Part shown: one piece after another, positions 41,466 to 56,104 of the stretch
How the letters are laid out: each line of letters opens with the position of its first letter
How positions within the stretch are numbered: the stretch's first letter is position 1
Origin: Eledone cirrhosa
Lineage: Eukaryota
DNA length: 64,000 nt
Direction: 5' to 3'
Assembly (NCBI GenBank): GCA_964016885.1
Contig: CAXHJY010001315.1
Coordinates: 1 to 64,000, forward strand
Position numbers and translations under genes: made by a program
Notes under the pieces: model-generated
Seen by the model: the letters and a program-made list of their open reading frames with translations, nothing else
What the model was told of the DNA's origin: nothing
Database searches by the model: none

Positions 41466-42229
41466 TCTAATAATAATAATAATGTAGGCTGCATGTATAA
41501 GACTAGTATGTATGTGTCCCAATGTCGGGGACACGTAAGGTGAATGGAAGAGCGACAGGATGTGTGAGGAAGGGAGGTAATCACAGATAAAATAGATGAC
41601 CATGACAGAACACAATAAAGAGAAAGTAAAAAATAAAAATAAATAACAGCGTAATTTCAAAATAGAAAAATAAAAATAAAATAGAAATAAAATAATATAA
41701 AATAAAATAATATAAAATAATGTAATATAAAATAATATAAAATAAAATAATAAATAAATTAACGTGAAATTCCATGAATGGTGAAGAACAACAACAAATG
41801 TATGATATATGTGTGTATGTATGTGTTTGTGCGTGAGTGTGTACATGTTATTATGTATATATATGTGTGTGTGTGTACGTGTACATATATGCATGTATGT
41901 CTCTCTCTTTCTCTCTCTATATGTATATACATATATATATATATATATATACACAAATATATATATATATACATATACACACACACATATATATGCATAT
42001 ATATATACATATATATACATATATATATACATATACATATATATATATACATATATATATGTATATGTATATATATATGTATATATATGTATATATATAT
42101 GCATATATATGTGTGTATATGTATATATATATATATTTGTGTATATATACATATATGTATATACATATACAGAGAGAAAGAGAGAGACATACATGCATAT
42201 ATGTACACGTACATATATATATATGTATG

Positions 42230-42271
<42 letters not shown>

Positions 42272-42360
42272 TACAAACATACATACATACACACATATAT
42301 ATATATATATTTATATATATGTGTGTGTGTGTGTGTATATATACATATACATACATACAT

Positions 42361-42412
<52 letters not shown>

Positions 42413-42967
42413 AGAATGAGCGCGAAAGAGAGAATAGGATGAAGAATAGATGACATTGGGGAAAGAAAGAAAAAAAGAAAGAAAGAAAGAACGAAGAACA
42501 GAAGAGAAGAAGAAAAAAATTGAAACGCAAAACGAAAAAAACATTGCAAAAACATATATACATTAGAAAAAAAAACATTACATGAAACTACTGAAACTAC
42601 ATGGATTAGAGATAATGAGTTGGATGATGTAGTTGGGACAGAAGAAGAAAAAAGAAGGGGAGAGAATTGCTTGATAGTAGAAGATATGTCAGAGCACGAT
42701 GAGGAGGAAGCTACTGTCAATTAAAGGCTGACATATTTACCGTTTTCGTATTGAGTGTCGCTTCCTTCATGTTATTTATATCAGACCACAAAGAAATGAA
42801 CGAGCTAATAGTTTTGATGTATCCCAAGTTATACTTTTCCTTATTGTTCAAGAGCCCAGCACAACAATGTTTTATTATTTTGGATTTTGGATTTTGGTTT
42901 AGTCCAGAGAATGTCTCTACTAAACAGTAATACTACGAAGAAAGTAAGTTGTGTATACACACACATG

Positions 42968-43052
<85 letters not shown>

Positions 43053-43090
43053 CTATCTATATCTCTCTCTTTGTATATATATATAGAGAT

Positions 43091-43147
<57 letters not shown>

Positions 43148-43253
43148 TATATACGTATATATATATGTATATATATATATATATAATTATTTTTATTATT
43201 ATTGTTATTGAAATGATGATGATGATCGTCATCATCAGCATCAGCCTCATCAC

Positions 43254-43287
<34 letters not shown>

Positions 43288-43974
43288 TTAGCAGAGTTTG
43301 CAGAGTGAACCAAGATAATTGAAGTAATCGTTGCTGATTTAATGCTGCAGTTAATGGAAGCTCTGTGAGAATTGTGAGGGTGTGTTTCGACCGCCTAGAT
43401 TAATTTAGTGTCAAATTTATTTTTATATTCTTCTTCTCTTTTTTAAAAGTTATTGCTCTTGTCTTTCTGAGTTTGCGGCACAACACCACAAATTTATACG
43501 GGTGAGAAGTCAGAGGTTCCTGTGTAACTTTGATGCAATTCTCATGAGGCTTAACTACATAAATGTATGGTTATTGGTGCTGTCGCTGTTATGGCTACAA
43601 TTTATAATGCCAAAGAGGACGGCCGATGGCTTAGCAGAAATTGTAAGGCATTGGGTTGAATTGACTCAAATCTTTAGTTTTGTCTTTCTAATGTGAAATG
43701 AAGCCTAGATTTTCTATGTGAATCACATGATCAAATTCGACGAAATATTGTAAGAATTTTTATGCAAAATTTACCGTAATTAGACGAAAAAGGATTTTGT
43801 TAAATATAGACAATGAAGTCTGCGTTGTTCGTTGAAACAATCAATAAATTTTATTGAGTCGTCTAAAGTTGAATGTGTGTTACTTTAAGGTGCAGTCTAT
43901 CTGGTAATCTACATTTTAGCGTGTGCTTTACCTGGATATTTACAATTGCTTTTGTGGTTTATCTCAACAACTAA

Positions 43975-44190
43975 AACTAAAACAGACCCTAACCCCCAAA
44001 ACCAAACTCAACCCTAACCTTAACCCCAAACTTTACCTTAACATTAATCCTAACCTTAACCCTAATCCTAACCCTAATTCTGAAACTGACCTTAACCCCA
44101 ACCTTAACCCTAACGCCAACCATAAAGTTTACCCCAACCTTAGCCCTAACCCTAATCCTTACCCTAGATTTTTACCCTGACCCTAACCCT
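43975..44190. repeat. Degenerate (TAACCC/TAACCT)n telomere-like hexamer repeat
   Basis: Repeated AACCCT/AACCTT units. Confidence 0.8.
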
Positions 44191-44750
44191 GTCCCAGTAG
44201 GGAGATCAGATCATTACCCAATGTAAACTTCTGATACTGTAGTAAAGGAAAAGTTAACTCACACCATCAATTTTATTTTGACTACTTAAAATATTCACAA
44301 AGAGAAACAGGGAGTTGATTATATTGACATCGGTATATCACAAATGTTTTCCATATCTTAACTCCAGGACATGAAAGGTAATGATAACCAGATTTGAAAT
44401 TGAGCTCAGAATATAAGTAAAATCAATATATATTTAGCTCAATACTTAACATTAATTGTTTCTATTGATATGCGTGTCAGATCATTTTAAACAAGCAGCG
44501 AGTATTTTACTCAATGAAAATTTCAAATAAACACTCCTGGCTAGAAAACATAGCACAGCTTATAACAATTATATAAATACATATATACACACACATATCA
44601 AAACGGCTTGAGCTCTGCGGTCGAGGTCATACTTTTTCCTATTATCCACTCTACTACCCTAAGTATTGAGTACTCTGGGGCGTTATGGTCCATCTGCTTT
44701 CTTACCACAACTCCTTCGTTATATATATATATATATATATTTCTCCTTCG

Positions 44751-44796
<46 letters not shown>

Positions 44797-45527
44797 GTTT
44801 ACATATATATAAAGTCATAGATATATATGTGTTTTGCAACGGGTCACGTTGTGGCTCAATGAAGAATTAATAAATTAAATAATCAGAGCTATATATCATA
44901 AAACATGTCTATAGAATCACTAGATAAAATATATACCGTTTCTTCTCCCAATTAGCATAATTAACCATATAAACAATCAATTAGACCAAGCTATAAGAAT
45001 AAAGACTCCTATGAAGAAATCTCCGACAAATAACCGAAAGCAGCCCATTTCGCGGCGGTTACGACGGAGTATTTATCGAACATTTCGACAGCATGTATAA
45101 ATCGACCAGATATACAGTCAACTAAACACAATTAGGTGTAAAATAAACTAAGAAGAAACGTATACATATTTAATTACCTCTACCATGGTTTCGTCCGTAT
45201 TTTAAGACATCCGATAACAAGGGACATCCAGAGCTTCGGATTCATCAGGAGTTAGCTCAAATTTAGACAATTAATTTTCCAAAGTGATCGCGCCAAGAAT
45301 ACATTCAAAAATGGCTAAGAATCGTGACGTGGCAGCGGTCAAGTTAGAAAGGATGTGATTAGTTGCTTACGGCTGGTAGGCTTATTGCTAGAAAGCGCAG
45401 CCCAATACAGGTTAGGTTGAGATACAATTTAGCTGTATTGTGCTGCGCTTTCTAGCAATAAGTGTAACTAAGTGGACTGCCTATAACGATAACCTGTTAT
45501 CCTGTATATATATATATATATATATAC

Positions 45528-45750
45528 ATTTATTAAAATAACAGAATAAAGTTTAAGCAAAGAATCGCTGCTTTCACCCTTAGTTAGTTTCAGAAGATCC
45601 CGTTAAGGGTGAAAGCAGCGATTCTTTGCTTAAATTTCAATCTGTTATTTTAATAAATATTTGCTCTACGGTTCTTATATATTTGATATATATTTATCCT
45701 TATCGAGCCCTCTTTGGATTTTAGTCTTCAAATTTATTATTATTACTATA
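45528..45750. mobile_element. Palindromic (TA)n insert with degenerate HHR-like core; rearranged copy at 54062-54187
   Basis: Arms ~45528-45582 / 45604-45658. CAGAAGA-T-CCC GTTAA GGG-T-GAAA at 45591. Tail to 45750. Confidence 0.65.
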
Positions 45751-46304
45751 TATATACATATATATATATATATACATACATGTATATGTATATGTATGTA
45801 TATTCTTGTGAAGTGAACCTCTTGACCACAAAGTTATGCTTGAATCTAATAGTGTGAAAAATTATACTCATATACGTAGCAGAATTTCTCAACATGAAAT
45901 AGATGCTCGCATACAACATTATTACAAATGAAATTTCCTTTTGTTATTGCACTGTTTAAATAATTGTTATGAACCCAACAACTGTTTGAAATCATAAGAA
46001 GACAAATATGTAATTCTCCTGAGAATATTATGTTAGTGGTTCAGTAAAGAGTTAGCTCCGTTGTCTTAAACCTTCAACACATCTATCGTATACAATTGCA
46101 CTCCTCTTTACTGATTAACTATTTCGCTGCAAGCTTATTAAGTCCTCAGTGTTCGGGAATGGCATGCGAGATTTTGGTTCTATAAACAAAAACTAATTGA
46201 TTTAGAAAGGGCCTTTATACTAGTTTCGCGAATATGCTGAAACAAGAAAACAATGAGATAAATTGTATATATAATTCTATTTATTATTTAATTCTTTAAT
46301 TAAG

Positions 46305-46497
46305 AGTAGTGGATTGGCAGTATCGGCGAAGGGTCGGACGCCATGTTTTGCAATACAGAGTTACGGCCCTTTATGGCCTGAGTTCAAATCCCGCCGAAGT
46401 TAACTTTGCCTTGCATCCTTAAGACGTCGATAAAATAAAATACCAGTAATGCACTGGGATAATTGCTGGCCTTGTGCCAAAAGTAGAAACAATTATT
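46305..46497 (+). mobile_element. SINE, full length
   Basis: GTGGATTGGCAGTATCGG...GAGTTCAAATCCCGCCGA...GTAGAAACAATTATT. Confidence 0.9.
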
Positions 46498-47050
46498 TAA
46501 TTCTTTAATTCTTACTTGTATTATTTAGTCTAGATATATAGACAATCAGTAAAATACTAGTATCGAGTCTTCTCTCTAAATCAGCGACGTTATGCCATAA
46601 GAAGGATCATATCAAACCAAATACAGCCTAAATTTATATTCAGGTAGAGGTTTACGTAGCAGGCTAACAAACACTTTTCAATGACATCCAAAGGTGCAGT
46701 ACACTGCACAACGGAAACAAAGGAGAAATTGTTTGGGGAATTTTGTTAAATGATGCAGAAGTATTAGTATATTTTCCCGGGGCAAATATATATATTTTCG
46801 ACAAGATAACGCCATATAATTTCAGGGATGAATTTATAAAAGAACAAGTATAAACCAGCCTTGGATATGCAGAATTTTGGGCTTCAGATCAAGATTGCAA
46901 TATCGTTTTCAAACAGGACCTTTTTATCTAAGGCCTGTATACGTCCCTTGTTTAACCGCCAGAAGGACGATGGGGTATAATTGGTTTGTATTGAATATTA
47001 CCATATACCTATTAATCTCTGCTATGGTATTAAACGTATATATATGTGTG

Positions 47051-47174
<124 letters not shown>

Positions 47175-47258
47175 CACACTCAGACACAGACATATGTGTA
47201 TATATCCATGTATATAATATGAATGTACATTCATATATGCATCTCTCTCTCTATATAT

Positions 47259-47384
<126 letters not shown>

Positions 47385-47397
47385 CAGAGAGAGAGAT

Positions 47398-47460
<63 letters not shown>

Positions 47461-47834
47461 TACACATATATATATATATATATACTCATATACATATACA
47501 TACATATACATATATACATACACGCCTTTTCTACTAAATCCTGTGTTCTCTCTTTGTTCGGACATAAATTACGGTTGAACATGAAAATCATATAAGAGGG
47601 GAGAAAAAAACACCTCCTTTCCTGAAGATGGATTATCATGTCTGATGATTGAGGCTTAACTAAAAATAATGATGGACATCTCCTGAAACTCATTCGCTTA
47701 ATTGCTTTACGTCTTCTTCAATTTCCTTCTTTCAGTGATCGCTCGTTCCTCTCCTTTACACCTTCCTTACAGATTCTTCACGACAGTCTCTCCAGATTTT
47801 TTCTCCCGAAACAACCGATTTTCGTCTTTGTTAA

Positions 47835-47890
<56 letters not shown>

Positions 47891-48126
47891 GTGTATATAT
47901 ATATATATGTGTGTGTATATATATATGTGTGTGTGTGTATATATTTACTGTTGTTGTTTTGTTGTTGCCGTCGGAGTTAGGGGTGACGGTAGTGTTGATG
48001 GTGGTGGTTAGGTGGTAGTGGTGGTGGTCATGGTGGTGGTGGTGGTAGTGGTGGTTGTAATGGTAGAGATGATTGTGTGTTGGAGTTGTGACTGTTGTTG
48101 TTTGTATGTATATATATATGTATACT

Positions 48127-48171
<45 letters not shown>

Positions 48172-48715
48172 TATATAAGTACACATATATATATATTTAT
48201 ATATATATATCTGTATATATACGCACACATACACACGTACGTTCACTCACATTGCTACCGCCACGACAGCGCCGTCTAGTGTCTCACCAAGAGGAAAGAC
48301 AACTTGAACATAGTTAAAGAAACTCTTGGCTATTCGCCCTTCAAAAGCTCCTATTAGTAAATAGCTAAGGACCCAAATTACCTGCCGAGACCGTCAGGAC
48401 ACAACCTCAGCGCCGCACAATTTCTCCCCCATTTTTTCTGGCAGTGTTTGGGGGAAGGGTTTTTTGGGGAGTTTGTTATTTTTTCCTATTTTTATTCTTT
48501 AATATTGATCACCAGCAGCAGTAAAAGCGGCAGCAACAACAGCAGCAAAAGCAGCAGCAACTGCAGTAGTAGCAGTGCCGCTCGACTTCACCTCCATCTT
48601 TTCTTGTTGGGGTTGGAAGAAGGGTTTCTATTTTGTTTCATTTGGGCTTTTTATTTTTTTTATTTTCTTCCATTTTTTGTTGTTTAATGTTGATCAACAG
48701 CAGCAGCAACATCAG

Positions 48716-48747
<32 letters not shown>

Positions 48748-48901
48748 GCAGAAGCAGCGCCGCCCAAATTCTCCTCCATTTTTCCTAGCAGGGGTTGGAA
48801 AAAGGGTTTCTTTTTTGTTTCGTTTGGGCATTTTTTTTTATTTTTTATTTTCTTTAATCTTAATCAGCAGCAGCAGTAGCAGTAGTAGCAGCAGCAGCAA
48901 C

Positions 48902-48934
<33 letters not shown>

Positions 48935-49477
48935 CCCACCCGTACGAGAAATGAAATTAGAGCTAAGTTGGATAAATCAAATCGTGTAAGCGTTTGATCA
49001 GGTAGGAAGCGATTCCAGTGGGAAAGAATAACGTTAACTGTATCATCGTAACAAGCAAATGTAATGTTCAGAGACTGAAGTGTTAGCTTGCTGTTTACTG
49101 TTCTTCTCGTCTGTTTTGGAATCTGAGCACGTCCCATGATGTGATGAGCTCACCCCCAACCAACCACCACTCCCGTCTCCTTCCTTTTCTTTTCTTTTCT
49201 TTTCTTTTCTTTTCTTTCCTTCTTTACGCCTTTCGCCCTTCGCTCCCATCAACGTTTTCTTCTCATCTAACCACTCCTTCCTACCACCCATTCCCTACTA
49301 ACCAGCTCGTTTCTAGCTGCTGTAACAGTGCTTTGCGCGGAGGTTAAGGCGTTTTCTGGACAACACATGATTAACTGGACGACAAGTAAACGAGGTCTAG
49401 CTATGTCTAGCTTAAATTCTTGCTGGGATAGGCTTGTTTCTCTCTGTCTCTTGTCTTACCACTACACGCTCCCTCAT

Positions 49478-49544
<67 letters not shown>

Positions 49545-49764
49545 GCTCTCGCTCTCTCTTTCTCTCGCGCCATCTCTCTCTCTCTCTCTCTACCTTCTCC
49601 CTATGTATATTTGTAAACTATCATAGTCATCACAAAAGATTTTACGTCGAAAATACTAGCTTAGTCAGCTTACATACATCATGTGATACAAGATTATTCT
49701 GAAGTATATATATATATATATATATATGCTTTAGTCTCATTCTATCCATCTATTATCACTCTCG

Positions 49765-49800
<36 letters not shown>

Positions 49801-49804
49801 CTTC

Positions 49805-49901
<97 letters not shown>

Positions 49902-49903
49902 TA

Positions 49904-49935
<32 letters not shown>

Positions 49936-50075
49936 AACAATGTGTTATATGCTTTGTTGATTATTCAACAAAGTTAATTTTACAACAGATTAGAAGCACT
50001 CTACAAATTTTATCTGGACTATCATTAATATTAAGAATATTAATAAATGGAAAATATCTTTAAAAAAAACATATT

Positions 50076-50136
50076 TATTTTATTATACGTATTTCAAGGG
50101 TACAAATATTTAAGTACGCTATCGTCAGATAAAATA
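50076..50136 (-). ncRNA. Hammerhead ribozyme in a (TA)n-adjacent insert (~49935-50225)
   Basis: TATTTTAT-CTGACGA-TAGCGTAC...GTACCCTT-GAAA-TACGTA-T-A-ATAAAATA. Confidence 0.8.
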
Positions 50137-50234
50137 TAATATTTGTATAATAGATACTGACATTTCATCATGTGGACTTAATGGTATAAGCCCAATTAGC
50201 GATTGAAAAATTCAAAATTCAAGGGATATATATT

Positions 50235-50427
50235 AATAGTTTCTACTTTTGGCACAAGGCCAGCAATTATCCCAGTACATTACTGGTACTTTATGTTATC
50301 GACCCCCGTAAGGATGAAAGGCAAAGTTAACCTAGGCGGGATTTGAACTCAGAACATAAAGGGGCGTAACTCTATGCTTCAAAGCATGGCGTCCGACTCT
50401 CTACCGATACTGCCAATCCACCGCCAA
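50235..50427 (-). mobile_element. SINE, full length
   Basis: Family consensus, reverse strand. Confidence 0.9.
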
Positions 50428-50566
50428 GGGATATATATTAATGAGGGTACGTTAAACCTGAAAAAAACAAGAATATATATGTAGAGAATAAAGAAATACG
50501 AAGATAAGATGAAAAAGTCCTTATTAATATTTTTACAGTATATATATTTATATATATATATATATC

Positions 50567-50601
<35 letters not shown>

Positions 50602-50627
50602 ATATATATCCCATATATATATATATA

Positions 50628-50812
50628 TACGTTATTCCCGGTTGAGTCGGAGGTAACCACAGTAAGTAAGGTACTCAATACATTGCAGAGTATAAAAGTT
50701 TTAATATAGATGAGATTCTACAGGACTAGAACTGTTTCATTCTTTAGAAATCATCAGGATGACTCGTAAAGAATGAAACAGTTCTAGTCCTGTAGAATCT
50801 CATCTATATTAA

Positions 50813-50816
<4 letters not shown>
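50628..50816 (-). mobile_element. Family-B palindromic HHR insert (long arm on minus strand)
   Basis: Reverse complement of 21288-21416 followed by short inverted arm 50768-50816. (TA)n flanks. Confidence 0.8.
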
Positions 50817-50863
<47 letters not shown>

Positions 50864-51196
50864 CACAGATAAATCTACCAATCAATGGTAGGGTCTAAAC
50901 CGTATGTAGCACTCAATGTAATCCGGATGTAGATGTCGTGAAGCGAAGTTTAAAATACAAAATTTTTAATGATATAATTCATTGGATACAGAGTCAAAAA
51001 TAGAAATCGAACCCAAGTCGTAATCATTCAGAAGTGAACCTCTTAACAATATTTTATGTAAAGCATCGATCTTTAGGATCATACATACATACATACATGC
51101 ATACATACATACATACATACATACATACATACATACATACATACATACATACATACATACATACATACATACATACATACATACATACATACATAC

Positions 51197-52227
51197 ATGG
51201 TGGCTGCCAACTCGTTTTCGAGTACGGCCACTACTTTATATCCATGTAGGAGAACCCCTACCGATGCGCTGAACAAGTGTGACTTTTTAGTCCAGCCAGC
51301 GACTTGAAAACTCTGGTACAAACACTACACCTGTGCCAATTATTTACACATAGTGCTGGGCCCATGGTACCTTGTTACGACAAGTGCAGAGAGATCTCCA
51401 GATATAAAGCAATGCCTGTGCCGTGAATCTTTTATAGTGAGCAAAGGCACTGCACAAAGCCAGTCCCATACATACATACATACATACATACATACATACA
51501 TACATACATACATACATACATACATACATACATACATACATGATGGCTGGAAACTCTGCTAAGAGTATTGCAATCGCTTGTCTGATTGAGATATGTGACG
51601 CTCGGATATGGCTTTTTAAGTCGGCTAGAGACTTGCACTCCTTCATACTGACGGCAACTATGGATCTTCCTGGCATCGGGTCTTACATCAGGTTGCCTGT
51701 GAACCTTCACAATACCGTGGAGATCATAGTTCACTGGTTCTCTTTTAACATGGCAGAGACTATGGCTCCTGAGACCAGATTTGCTCAAGCAAATTTTTCC
51801 ACACTCAGGGCACTTCAATTCAATGGAGACACATACATACATACATGGTGGCTGCCAACTCGTTTCCGAGTACGGCCACTACTTTATATCCATGTAGGAG
51901 AACCCCTACCGATGCGCTGAACAAGTGTGACTTTTTAGTCCAGCCAGCGACTTGAAAACTCTGGTACAAACACTACACTTGTGACAATTATTGACACATA
52001 GTGCTGGGCCCATGGTACCATGTGACGACAAGTGCAGAGAGATCTCCAGATATAAAGCAATGCCTGTGCCGTGAAGCTTATATAGTGAGCAAAAGCACTG
52101 CACAAAGCCAGTCCCACTCTCTTAAACAAGATGATATTTACCAAAAAGAAGAACAAGTCAACATCATTGGATACCATCAGGGTTGCAGGTGTTATATCAG
52201 AGTTTTCCTTCTCCTAGAATACATACA

Positions 52228-52261
<34 letters not shown>

Positions 52262-52455
52262 CACACATACATACATGATGATGATGGCTGCCCCCTCGTT
52301 ATCGAGTATGGCCATTGCACGATATACCATCATTAATAATTATTAATTAATTCTATCGTGCAACGCCTGTGCGTGAAGATATTTTTTAAAGTGAGGAAAG
52401 ACAGTGCACTGAGCCAATCCGACTCTCTGAGCGACAGTAGCTATAACCCCAAAAT
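51197..52455 (-). mobile_element. Stack of four LINE (RTE/BovB-like) 3' fragments with (TATG)n tails: 51197-51467, 51540-51832, 51845-52120, 52276-52455
   Basis: Minus-strand C2H2-type remnants CSVCTRVFKSLAGLKSH, CPECGKICLSKSGLRSH, KECKSLADLKSHIRASH. Each ends in ...GCAGCCA(C/T)CATG(TATG)n or similar. First and third fragments are near-identical. Confidence 0.7.
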
Positions 52456-52719
52456 ACATACATACATACATACATGCATACATCATTAATAGACACATAT
52501 ATTATACCCAACGGAGAAAGCTCTACGTGGTCGCACGACTATTCAGAAATAGCAGTGAAACCTACCTCAAATTCTGTATGTACTTTTTATTCAAAAAGAG
52601 AGAAAAACGTTTTAGATAATGTAATGTAAGATAAAATACGGCTTCAAAGAACGGAGGGTAATATTGTCTAGACTTCCATATAATCATAGGTCTACTGGAC
52701 CAGGGCTAGTCTACTGTAA

Positions 52720-52769
<50 letters not shown>

Positions 52770-52900
52770 AACAACTACTACTACTACTACTACTACTACA
52801 ACTACTACTACTACTAATACTACTATCTATATGTACATATATATATATGTCTGTGTCTGTGTATGTGCGTTTCTGTATATTAGATAGGATATAGGTAGTA

Positions 52901-52984
<84 letters not shown>

Positions 52985-53107
52985 TATATAATTTTAATAG
53001 GTTTCGGCCAGCGTTGGCCCAAGTGTGTGTGTGTGTGTCTTTATATATATATATATATTATGGAATACTGTTGGCTTCTTGCTACAATACTTTCTATACC
53101 TTTCATT

Positions 53108-53147
<40 letters not shown>

Positions 53148-53824
53148 CTACTAGGACTACTACTACTACTACTATGCCATAGAGGATGGTGACGATGACA
53201 ACATGAGGTTGATGATGAAAAGATATTCAAAAATTGTCTGCCGCCTTTAAAATTTATGGTTATAATTATTTATACAAAAGTAATACCCTATTCTTCACAA
53301 TATTTTGATTGCTGTAGACGAAAATGTCATCTCGCTTGTATAATTATTAAAGAAGATCCGTGGTAGTCTGTCTTGGCAAGATGCAATTAACTAAAAAGAA
53401 AAACAAAGAGATAAAGAAACAGTGAAACAAACAAAAAACAAGATACAGAAAGTAATGTGTATTACTATGATATGAAGAGATGAAAAACGCAATGTGTGGA
53501 AAATGGTATATTATCACTTCCTTGATTAAAGGAGAACTCATCGCTCTGCACGAAGCTATAATCAATATTTGTTATGGCATACAAACACACATACACACAT
53601 ACACACACTCACACAGACACACAGACACAAACACACACACACAGATATATATATATATATATATATATACACGAATTTCCAACAAATTAAATACCCCTTC
53701 TATATATATATATATATCTAAATAGGAAAAAGTATACTTTTTCATATTTCCCACTCTACTACCCTAAGTATTGAGCACTTTGGTGCATTATGGTCCATCT
53801 GGTTCCTTACCACAATTCCTTTGT

Positions 53825-53853
<29 letters not shown>

Positions 53854-53855
<2 letters not shown>

Positions 53856-54046
53856 ATTGTTTCTATTTTAGACACAAGGCCAGCAAAATTAACCAGTGCA
53901 TTACTGGTACTTTATTTTATCGACCCCGTAAGGATGAGAGACAAAGTTAACCTCGACGGGATTTGAACTCACATCATAAAGGGACGTAACTCTATGCTTC
54001 AAAGCATGGTGTCCGACTCTCTACCGATACTGCCAATCCACCGCCC
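53854..54046 (-). mobile_element. SINE, full length
   Basis: Family consensus, reverse strand. Confidence 0.9.
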
Positions 54047-54362
54047 TATATATTTATATATAGTAATAATAATAAATGTGAAGACTAAAATCCAAAGAGG
54101 GCTCGATAAGGATAAATATGTATAAGAAAACTAGGGTGAGTGCAGCGATTCTTTGCATAAACTTTAATCTGTTATTTTGATAAATATATATATATAGATA
54201 GGGAGAGAGAGAGAGATTAGAGAGAGACACAGAAAGAGAGAGAGGGGGGGGGAGAGTGATTTAGCTTCTCAATCCATTGAGTGGTTTGTGATTATCTCAA
54301 ACAATTCGGTTAGTATTTGCTATATGTATCTACAACTTCGATTCATATTCAATATTTTATCG

Positions 54363-54398
<36 letters not shown>

Positions 54399-54403
54399 AC
54401 ATC

Positions 54404-54470
<67 letters not shown>

Positions 54471-54604
54471 TTATATATATGTGTGTGTGTATATATATAT
54501 TATATATATATATATCTATATGTATATATATATGTATATATATATATATATATAATAGAAAGGACGAAAAAAAAGGGAAATATATATATACATACATATA
54601 CATG

Positions 54605-54689
<85 letters not shown>

Positions 54690-55362
54690 ATACAGTATTA
54701 GCATAGCAACATAGTTTCACCGAAAAGCTGTACAATTATCGATCCTGCAGTTTGGTAGATGTTTTTTTTATTTTATTTTACTTTCTTTTTACTTTATTTA
54801 GTATTGTTTTTGTTGTTATTTTACCGCTGCCGTAAAACAAAAATAAAAATAAAAAACACAACAAAAATTACAACACAAAAACCAAACAAAAAAAGTCAAA
54901 CGAAAAACAAAATAGCTACAAAAAAAAAAAACGCCGGAGTGTTATAGTGAACTTTAAGATGTAACTAAGATCAAAGTCTAGTAGTGAACGTATCATTCCA
55001 TCAGAATTATTGGTGATTTATGTTGCATGACATCTATAATAATAACATTTTACAGTTGAATATCTATCGATGCAATCTCTTGCTACGGCTCAGATCAAAC
55101 AAGATTAGCCACTCTCCTGTATCAACATGAAAACGACTATTTCATACGGTAACTATGATAGAGTTAACATACACTTTAGCTTTCCAAAGTCTTTCTATTT
55201 ATTCAGTAGACCCCACCTTTCGCAGTAAATGAAACGTAAAGAAGAAACAGTTTTTCCTTTTTTTATATCTCGTTCTTTCTATTATATATATATATATATA
55301 TAAATAAATAAATATATATATATATATAAATAAATATATATATATGTATATATATATGTATA

Positions 55363-55422
<60 letters not shown>

Positions 55423-55701
55423 CGTGTATGTATGTATGTGAATATCATATATTAAACTAAATTATTCTTGTAAACTGGCGAGATAGCAAATTACATAATT
55501 ACACGATTCATTTGGGCAACAGGAAAGTACATGTAATATTTTCTCCAATGCTGACCTACCTAGTCTCTCTTGAGATCAGTAATTCTAGACTGAAACGAAC
55601 CACTTATCAATAACTTATGAACTGCCGTAGTTTTCGGTGCATGAGACGCATTTTTTACCCAACATTCTACCTCCAAATGTGCCTGCATATTAGATATTAT
55701 A

Positions 55702-55862
55702 AAAGGCGGTGAATTGGCAGAGTTGTTAGAGCGTCGAATAGAATACCTTGTGATAATCGTTCCGGCTCTCTGCTCTCTGTTGTTCAAATCCTGCCGAGGT
55801 CAACTTTACCTTTCATCTTTACGAGATCGATAAAAAAAAGTACCAGTCTCGTACTGGAGTTG
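55702..55862 (+). mobile_element. Older related SINE subfamily (also 57640-57800, 26508-26640)
   Basis: AAGGCGGTGAATTGGCAGAG...GTTCAAATCCTGCCGAGGTCAACTTT: same core, different head. Confidence 0.7.
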
Positions 55863-56104
55863 ACTCTTACTCTATATCTCCTCTCTTTCTCATTTCCTCT
55901 CTATCCTTCTCTGGAAGAATTCTGCTGGACTCTAGCATAATTAGAAATGCTCTAGAAACTTTGCACGTAATAACAGGACCTCATCGGCATTTTAACTCAG
56001 AATATAAGCCAAGATTTGAACATAGAACGTAAAGAGCCGGTAGAAATACTGCTAAGCATTTGTACGAATCCCGAACGATTTTGTCTATCCATCGCTACTA
56101 ATAC

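Noticed and set aside
43975-44190. Telomere or telomere-fusion site
   Set aside because: Short and highly degenerate. Such tracts are common inside ordinary repeats.
46560-46920. Tc1-like transposase remnant (FRQDNA-like peptide)
   Set aside because: Single short motif, no open frame or TIRs.
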